Part shown: positions 6,483 to 11,295 of the stretch, one piece after another
Position numbering within the stretch: position 1 is the first letter of the stretch
Layout of the letters: every line of letters begins with the position of its first letter
Source of the DNA: Candidatus Fraserbacteria bacterium
GTDB lineage: Bacteria; Bipolaricaulota; Bipolaricaulia; RBG-16-55-9; JANLFV01
Reading direction: 5' to 3'
Assembly: GCA_037446135.1 (NCBI GenBank)
Contig: JBBIJD010000005.1
Location: 1 to 11,295, forward strand
Length of the DNA stretch: 11,295 bases
Notes under the pieces: model-generated
Databases searched by the model: none
Seen by the model: the letters and a program-made list of their open reading frames with translations, nothing else
What the model was told of the DNA's origin: nothing
Program-made: the position numbers and the translations under genes

Positions 6483-6874
6483 AGGACCTTCTTCCCCCCG
6501 ATCGGGACCTCCGAGACGGAGTAGTGGTCCTCAGCCCCGACATAGGCCAAGTTATATTCGTTCGAGAGGCGGATGGCCTTGGGGTTAACAGGGCAGTTGG
6601 CCTCGCAGGTCCCGCAGAAGATGCACCTCCCGTAGTCCACCCGGAGCCGCCGCCACTTTACCCCCTCGCGCTCGCCCAGCTCCTCGAGTGAGATGGCATT
6701 GGCGGGGCAGACGCGGAAGCAGGTCCCGCAGGCGATGCAAAGGTCTTCATAGTAGCGGGGTGCTCCGCGGTAGTGGGGCGCTGGTGCCGGCTGGGCCGGG
6801 AACTTCGTGGTATAAGGCCCTTGGAGGAGGGCAAGGAGGGCCTCCTTAAGCTCCCGCAGCTTAGGCCGCCTCAT
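6434..6874 (-). CDS. 2x[4Fe-4S] ferredoxin-like subunit (NuoI/MbhN/HycF-like)
   Basis: CIACGTCFRVCP and CIFCGTCEANCP motifs, with NuoI-like PYTTKFP...YRGAP. The start is reassigned to ATG 6874 because the SD AAGGAGGG precedes it. Confidence 0.92.
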   Translation of the reverse strand: MRRPKLRELKEALLALLQGPYTTKFPAQPAPAPHYRGAPRYYEDLCIACGTCFRVCPANAISLEELGEREGVKWRRLRVDYGRCIFCGTCEANCPVNPKAIRLSNEYNLAYVGAEDHYSVSEVPIGGKKVLQRASPAPTGSGSGSV

Positions 6875-7214
6875 CTTCTCCCTCCTTCTGCCCTCGGAGG
6901 TCCTCGCCATAGCGGTCGATCACGCTCTTCTCCCAGAGCTTCACACCTGAGGTGTAAGCCCCCCGCGCCAAGGCATGGGCGGCGGTAGGGGAGGCGACCA
7001 AGACGAGGGCCAAGGCCAGGATGGCCTTGATCTGGATCGGGGTCGCACCCGAGGCGACCGCCACGCCGATGAGGATCAGGCAGGTCCCCAAGGTGACGGC
7101 CTTAGTCGCGGCTTGTAAGCGGTTATAGACATCGGGTAGCCTGACCAGGCCGATGCAGCCGAGGAGATCGAAGATCACCCCGACGAAGATCAACGCAATC
7201 CCGGTCTCACTCAT
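6861..7214 (-). CDS. mnhG: Mrp/Mnh antiporter subunit G (MbhC-like)
   Basis: GLVRLPDVYNRLQAATKAVTLG and SPTAAHALARGAY family motifs, about 3 TM segments. Overlaps the upstream gene by 8 nt. Confidence 0.95.
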   Translation of the reverse strand: MSETGIALIFVGVIFDLLGCIGLVRLPDVYNRLQAATKAVTLGTCLILIGVAVASGATPIQIKAILALALVLVASPTAAHALARGAYTSGVKLWEKSVIDRYGEDLRGQKEGEDEAA

Positions 7215-7473
7215 CGTAGCTCCTCCCTTCGAGGAACTTGGCCAGTGCGATCGTCCCGATGAAGGCGATCAGGGCCCAGGCTAAGGCGATATTCATGTAG
7301 TAGTCCTTCCCCGTGATCAGGGAGAAGAGGGCCGAGAGGCCGACGATCACGATCCCCAGGATATCGATCCCGACCGCCCGATCCGGAGGGGTCGGCCCGA
7401 AGGCGACCCGGTAGAGGCAGAGGAAGCAACAGGCCCCAAGGATAGCGAAGAACGCATTGTAGAAGGCACTCAT
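7207..7473 (-). CDS. mnhF: Mrp/Mnh antiporter subunit F (MbhB-like)
   Basis: YRVAFGPTPPDRAVGID and FIGTIALAKFLEG motifs, 3 TM segments. ATGA overlap with mnhE. Confidence 0.95.
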   Translation of the reverse strand: MSAFYNAFFAILGACCFLCLYRVAFGPTPPDRAVGIDILGIVIVGLSALFSLITGKDYYMNIALAWALIAFIGTIALAKFLEGRSYDE

Positions 7474-7964
7474 TCGAAGATCCTCCTTAAGATCCGCTCG
7501 AATCTCCCGACGATCAGGGCTGAGGCCTCCTCCTCCTCCCCTTCCGCTCGGACATTGATCCAGTGGACATAGTAGTGGCCATTATCGCTGATCTCGACGG
7601 AGAGCGTCCCCGGAGTGAGGGTGATCGAGTTGGCCAGGATCGTCCTAGCGACATCGTTCTTCAGGGCGGTCTTTACCCTAACGATCCCGGGCCTGATCGG
7701 CATCTGGGGATGGAGGACACGATAGGCCACATCCAGGTTGGCCTTGATGATATAGTAGCCGAGGGCAAGGATGTAATAGAGCCCCCAGAGGTAGCGGAGC
7801 GGATTGAAGAGCTTCTTGAGCTCCTTGATCCTGAGCATCCCTCCGAAGAGGATCATGGCGATCAAGGCCGCGAGGAGGCCGATGAAGATCTCCTGCCAAT
7901 CGAGCGGCCAGACGAGCAAGATCCAGAATCCGAATGAGATGATGAAGGCCCAAATCCACTTCAT
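7470..7964 (-). CDS. mnhE: Mrp/Mnh antiporter subunit E (MbhA-like)
   Basis: ANLDVAYRVLHP, PGIVRV, LANSITLTPGTLS and YVHWI motifs. Confidence 0.95.
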   Translation of the reverse strand: MKWIWAFIISFGFWILLVWPLDWQEIFIGLLAALIAMILFGGMLRIKELKKLFNPLRYLWGLYYILALGYYIIKANLDVAYRVLHPQMPIRPGIVRVKTALKNDVARTILANSITLTPGTLSVEISDNGHYYVHWINVRAEGEEEEASALIVGRFERILRRIFE

Positions 7965-7967
7965 GCA

Positions 7968-9479
7968 CTAGCCTCCCAGGACCATCTGGGCATAGCGGAG
8001 CCCCTCGAGCAACACCTGCGTCACCGGCTGGAGGACCAACTCTCGCAGCCCCGGAAGATAGAGTGCCCCTAATCCGAGCGCACCCAATGCCAGGATCGCC
8101 GTGGCGAGGTTCATTAACGCCGGGGCCTCTCTGACCGACTTGAGCCGGTCCGGGACCGTCCCGAAGAAGGCCTCCCGCTCGACTCGCATGTAGTAAGCCA
8201 GGGTGAGGACGCTCACCGCGATCAGGATGGCCGCCTCGGGGTAGAATCCGCCCCACAATGCCGCGATGATGATGATCAGCTTGCTCCAGAAACCGGCGAA
8301 CGGCGGAATACCGGCGATGGAGAGGACCCCAAAGAGGGTCGTCGTCCCGGTCAGCGGCATCCGGTGGAAGAGCCCGCCCATCTCGGCCAGGTTCCTCGTC
8401 CCGGTCGCCTCCTCCACCGCACCGCTATTGAGGAACAAGAGGGCCTTGCTCGTCGCGTGGTTGATCAAGTGGAAGAAGCCGCCGAGGAGGGCCAGCCCGG
8501 CGATAGCCTCCTCCCCGCGAAGCAGCAGGCTCCCACCAAGCCCGAGGGCCATCACGATGTAGCCGACCTGGCTGATCGAGGAGTAGGCGAGGAGCCGCTT
8601 GAAATCCTCCTGTCCCACTGCCAGGAGCGCCCCGAGGGCCATCGAGATCGCCCCGCCCCAGATGAGCAGGTTCGCCTGGACCTCGCCGATCCCGAGCACA
8701 TTGAAGAAGACCCGCATCAGGCAGTAGACACCCAAGACCTTGATGAGGACCCCGGAGAGCATCGCTGAGATCGGGGCCGGGGCCGAGGAGTGGGCGTCCG
8801 GGAGCCAGGCGTGGAAGGGGACGAGCGCGGCCTTCAGTCCGAAGCCGACGAGGAAGAAGGCCGAGGTGATCCCGAGGAGGGCCCCGCCACCCCGCTCAGC
8901 CAAGATGAGCGCGATCCGGGCCATATTGAGGTTCCCCGTCGCGGCGTAGAGTAAGCCTACCCCGAAGATGACGAAGCTCGAGCCGACCGACCCGAGGACG
9001 AGATACTTGAAGGCCGCCTCCAATTCTACATCCCCACGGCGGAAGCCGACCAGGGCATAGCTCGCGATCGAGGCGATCTCCAGGAAGACGAAGAGGTTGA
9101 ACATGTCACCGGTGAGGATCACCCCGTTCATCCCCGCGAGCATCAGGAAGAAGAGGCCATAGAACTTCCCCGTCGGGGTGTAGTCCTCCAAGTATTTGAA
9201 GGAATAGAGCGCTACCAGTAGGGCAATGGTGTTGACCACGATCAACATCACGGAAGAGAGGCCGTCGACCACTAGGTTGATCCCGATCGGGGGCGGCCAC
9301 TTGCTCATCTGGTAGATCCCGCTCCAGCCGAGTGAGAGGAAAGCGAGGACCGTGGTAGTGAGCACGATCGCCCCGCTACTGAGCTCCTTGAGGCGGCTCT
9401 CCTCCCAGAACTTATCGAGGAGGGGGAGGAAGAAGCCCCCAAAGAGCGGCAAGGCCACCAAGAGGAAGACCAGGCTCAT
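7968..9479 (-). CDS. mnhD: Mrp/Mnh antiporter subunit D (MbhH-like; NuoM/N-family proton-conducting transporter)
   Basis: 503 aa and highly hydrophobic. WPPPIGINLVVD, DMFNLFVFLEI (Glu), GLKAALVPFHAWLPDAH (Lys), KRLLAYSSISQVGY, HATSKALLF and GIPPFAGFWSK motifs. Confidence 0.95.
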   Translation of the reverse strand: MSLVFLLVALPLFGGFFLPLLDKFWEESRLKELSSGAIVLTTTVLAFLSLGWSGIYQMSKWPPPIGINLVVDGLSSVMLIVVNTIALLVALYSFKYLEDYTPTGKFYGLFFLMLAGMNGVILTGDMFNLFVFLEIASIASYALVGFRRGDVELEAAFKYLVLGSVGSSFVIFGVGLLYAATGNLNMARIALILAERGGGALLGITSAFFLVGFGLKAALVPFHAWLPDAHSSAPAPISAMLSGVLIKVLGVYCLMRVFFNVLGIGEVQANLLIWGGAISMALGALLAVGQEDFKRLLAYSSISQVGYIVMALGLGGSLLLRGEEAIAGLALLGGFFHLINHATSKALLFLNSGAVEEATGTRNLAEMGGLFHRMPLTGTTTLFGVLSIAGIPPFAGFWSKLIIIIAALWGGFYPEAAILIAVSVLTLAYYMRVEREAFFGTVPDRLKSVREAPALMNLATAILALGALGLGALYLPGLRELVLQPVTQVLLEGLRYAQMVLGG

Positions 9480-9823
9480 CCTCGCAACCTCCGGATCTCC
9501 GCGATATCGTAGGTCCCATACTTCTCATAGATCCTGATCGCGATCGCCACCATCAGTGCGATCGAGCCGAGGCTGATCACGATCGCGGTGATCACCAGCG
9601 CCTGTGGGAGCGGGTCGACCGCCCTTGCGACGAACTCGCTCAAAGAGACCTGCTCATCCAGGATCGGGGCCATCCCGCCCATCCGGTAGCCGACCAGGAG
9701 GAGGAAGAGGTTGACCGCCTGCTCCATGATGATCACCCCGATGATGATCTTGATCAGATTCCGCTTGGTGATCGCGGCATAGAGGCCGATGAGGAAGAGG
9801 ACGAACGCGAGAGTGTAGAGCAT
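9476..9823 (-). CDS. mnhC: Mrp/Mnh antiporter subunit C (MbhG-like)
   Basis: NLIKIIIG, AVNLFL and VDPLPQALVITAIVI motifs. ATGA and TAATG overlaps with its neighbours. Confidence 0.95.
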   Translation of the reverse strand: MLYTLAFVLFLIGLYAAITKRNLIKIIIGVIIMEQAVNLFLLLVGYRMGGMAPILDEQVSLSEFVARAVDPLPQALVITAIVISLGSIALMVAIAIRIYEKYGTYDIAEIRRLRG

Positions 9824-10296
9824 TAGCGTTCACCACCTTCTTCTCCCCAGGGCTTGAAGAGGGTCAGGACCATCACCACCAGGAAGAGCGAGGCAGCGAC
9901 CTTCATGGCGATCGCGATATTCAAGAGCGGGATCGTCCCGGCACTCTTGAGGTGGAAGGGCTCGCCGGGGAGATAGACCCTCAGGAAGTTATACAAGAAG
10001 CCGCCGCCGAAGATAGCGCCCAATGCACCGATGAACAGGAAGAGGATGGCCCCGCCGCTATCGTATTTCGAGGCCCCTTCCGGTGGGAGCCGACGGAAGG
10101 CCCGCTCACCTCCATAGGCCAGAACGACAAGGACGAAGCCGCAGGCCAAGATCACCCCCCCGGGGAAGCCTCCCCCTGGGGTGAGGTGGCCGGTGAGGGT
10201 GATGTAGACCCCGAAGATGAAGATCGCCGGCTCGAGGAGGCGCGTGACCTCCTTGACGATCAAGCTCATCCCCGCCTCTTTCCCTTTAGGGGCCAT
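9823..10296 (-). CDS. mnhB: Mrp/Mnh antiporter subunit B (MbhF-like)
   Basis: GHLTPGGGFPGG signature, SAGTIPLLNIAIAMKV and 4 TM segments. Purine-rich SD before ATG 10296; an alternative start is at 10269. Confidence 0.93.
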   Translation of the reverse strand: MAPKGKEAGMSLIVKEVTRLLEPAIFIFGVYITLTGHLTPGGGFPGGVILACGFVLVVLAYGGERAFRRLPPEGASKYDSGGAILFLFIGALGAIFGGGFLYNFLRVYLPGEPFHLKSAGTIPLLNIAIAMKVAASLFLVVMVLTLFKPWGEEGGER

Positions 10297-10843
10297 TCCT
10301 CTCTCCTCCCTTCCCCTTCCGGACCCGCCGCTGCAAGAGCATCACCGCCCCGATGATCGCGGTGAAGATGACCGTCGCCTCGCCTAAAGTATCGTAAGCG
10401 CGGAAATCGAGCAGGACCGCGGTGATCGCATTCGCCGCCTCGGTCTGGCCGAGGCTCTCCTTCAAGTAGTAGATCGAGGGGCTATTCTCGATCAGCGTCA
10501 TCACCGCCTTCCCGAAAGGCGGTAATTCTAAAGCCACCTGGTAGAAGAAGGCGACCCCCAGCCCGAAGATCAGCATTGTAGCGATCACATTCAGCCTGGA
10601 GAAGGGCCCCATGATCGTGGGGATATCTCGCTTGAGGGTCACCCGGATCATATGGATCAGGACGAGGATCTCCACCACGACCAAGGTGATGGCGATGTCC
10701 GGTGCGCCGATGAAGAGGCAGATGATCGAGAGACCGAACCCGACCGCCCCGAGCGAGACCACGGCCGAGAGGGCATGAGGGGTCTCGACCGCGACCAGGG
10801 CGGCGGCGATGATGAAGAACATGAAGATGTAAAGAGTGAGCAT
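10286..10843 (-). CDS. MbhD/MbhE-like fusion (DUF4040 plus MrpA C-terminal-like segment)
   Basis: N-terminal 3 TM segments with GAPDIAITLVVVE (MbhD/DUF4040-type). C-terminal NAITAVLLDFRAYDTLGEATV (MbhE/MrpA C-terminal type). Confidence 0.88.
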   Translation of the reverse strand: MLTLYIFMFFIIAAALVAVETPHALSAVVSLGAVGFGLSIICLFIGAPDIAITLVVVEILVLIHMIRVTLKRDIPTIMGPFSRLNVIATMLIFGLGVAFFYQVALELPPFGKAVMTLIENSPSIYYLKESLGQTEAANAITAVLLDFRAYDTLGEATVIFTAIIGAVMLLQRRVRKGKGGERNGP

Positions 10844-10849
10844 CTTATC

Positions 10850-11295
10850 TCATCTCCCTCCCAGGATCAGGAAGAGGATAACGATCAGGCCGACCAGGAC
10901 CCAGGCGATATAGTTCGGCAAGAGCCCGCTGTGGGCCCATCTCAAGACTTTAGTGAGCCCACTCCGCATCCCCCGAGCGATGTTATAGATATCGAGGTTC
11001 CCCAGCCGCTGCTGGCGGTAGAACCGCTCCAGGGTCGTGAGGCTCATTAAGCTCCCGTAGATCTCGGTCCCACGCACTCGGGTGTCCTCCCCCTCGAGCG
11101 ACTCCCCTCCGAGGAAGGGGGCCACGGTCCGGACCCTGATCGCCCTCGGGAGGAGGTAAGCCAAGAGGCCGATCCCCAGCCCGAGGAGGAGCAGCCCGGT
11201 CGCGAGCGGGGCCTCCCAGACCCCTACGAGCCTGACCCTCCCGATCGCCGGCTCGATCAGGTTCCGGATCGGCCAGCTCGGGTAGACCCCGAGGA
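10850..11295 (-). CDS. C-terminal part of a large antiporter-like membrane subunit (HyfB/NuoL/MnhA-like), truncated by window edge
   Basis: The frame stays open from 11293 (LGVYPSWPIRNLIEPAIG...WEAPLATGLLLLGLGIGLLAY...PFLGGE...HSGLLPNYIAW plus a terminal TM segment), so the TTG at 11164 is not the true start. An H-S-G-x-x-x-x-Y-x-x-W ending is typical of NuoL/HyfB-type C-termini. Confidence 0.75.
   Translation of the reverse strand, partial: LGVYPSWPIRNLIEPAIGRVRLVGVWEAPLATGLLLLGLGIGLLAYLLPRAIRVRTVAPFLGGESLEGEDTRVRGTEIYGSLMSLTTLERFYRQQRLGNLDIYNIARGMRSGLTKVLRWAHSGLLPNYIAWVLVGLIVILFLILGGR

Noticed and set aside
6462..6506. Short GC inverted repeats near the topA stop (GGGCC...GGCCC; GAAGG-A-CCTTC)
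   Set aside because: The stems are short or have an impossible loop, and there is no U-tract on either strand, so a terminator cannot be supported.
6875..6910. Longer N-terminus for the Fe-S protein (ATG 6910)
   Set aside because: It would overlap mnhG by 50 bp, and the SD sits in front of ATG 6874 instead.
4078..9915. Five copies of the HIP1-like palindrome GCGATCGC (4078, 4434, 4533, 9540, 9908) and frequent CGATCG/CTCGAG
   Set aside because: All five fall in frame as Ala-Ile-Ala (GCG ATC GCN), and CTCGAG often reads Leu-Glu, so codon preference can explain them. A codon-preserving shuffle on the whole genome would be needed to claim real enrichment.
6428..11050. Plus-strand and alternate-frame ORFs over the Mrp/Mbh-like operon
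   Set aside because: They are shadows of hydrophobic genes; the D/E/H/Q-rich antisense translation mirrors Val/Leu/Ile/Phe codons.
1..11295. CRISPR array, IS element, riboswitch or frameshifted pseudogene
   Set aside because: No regularly spaced repeats, terminal inverted repeats or transposase are visible. Intergenic gaps are short and accounted for by promoters or operators, and all recognised genes have intact frames.

Overview
GC-rich bacterial core-genome window with no mobile element or CRISPR. The left end carries tRNA-Asp(GUC, partial) and tRNA-Val(UAC) on the minus strand. Upstream of them lie a 63-aa acidic helical ORF and an 808-aa two-NBD Clp/Hsp100 ATPase with an IGF ClpP-docking loop, preceded by a consensus sigma70 promoter and a CIRCE (HrcA) operator. 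Transcribed divergently are a 120-aa exported/membrane hypothetical protein, a PDZ-less lipoprotein trypsin-like serine protease that may be circularly permuted, and topA, which is probably leaderless. Converging on topA, with a 49-bp 3' overlap, is the distal part of a tightly coupled operon: an antiporter-like subunit (partial), an MbhD/E-like fusion, MnhB, C, D, E, F and G, and a 2x[4Fe-4S] NuoI/MbhN-like subunit. This looks like the Mrp-type ion-translocation module of an Mbh/Mbx-like complex. No wholly new system can be shown from sequence alone. The best leads are the possibly permuted protease and the ClpB/ClpC-hybrid ATPase with its small acidic neighbour.
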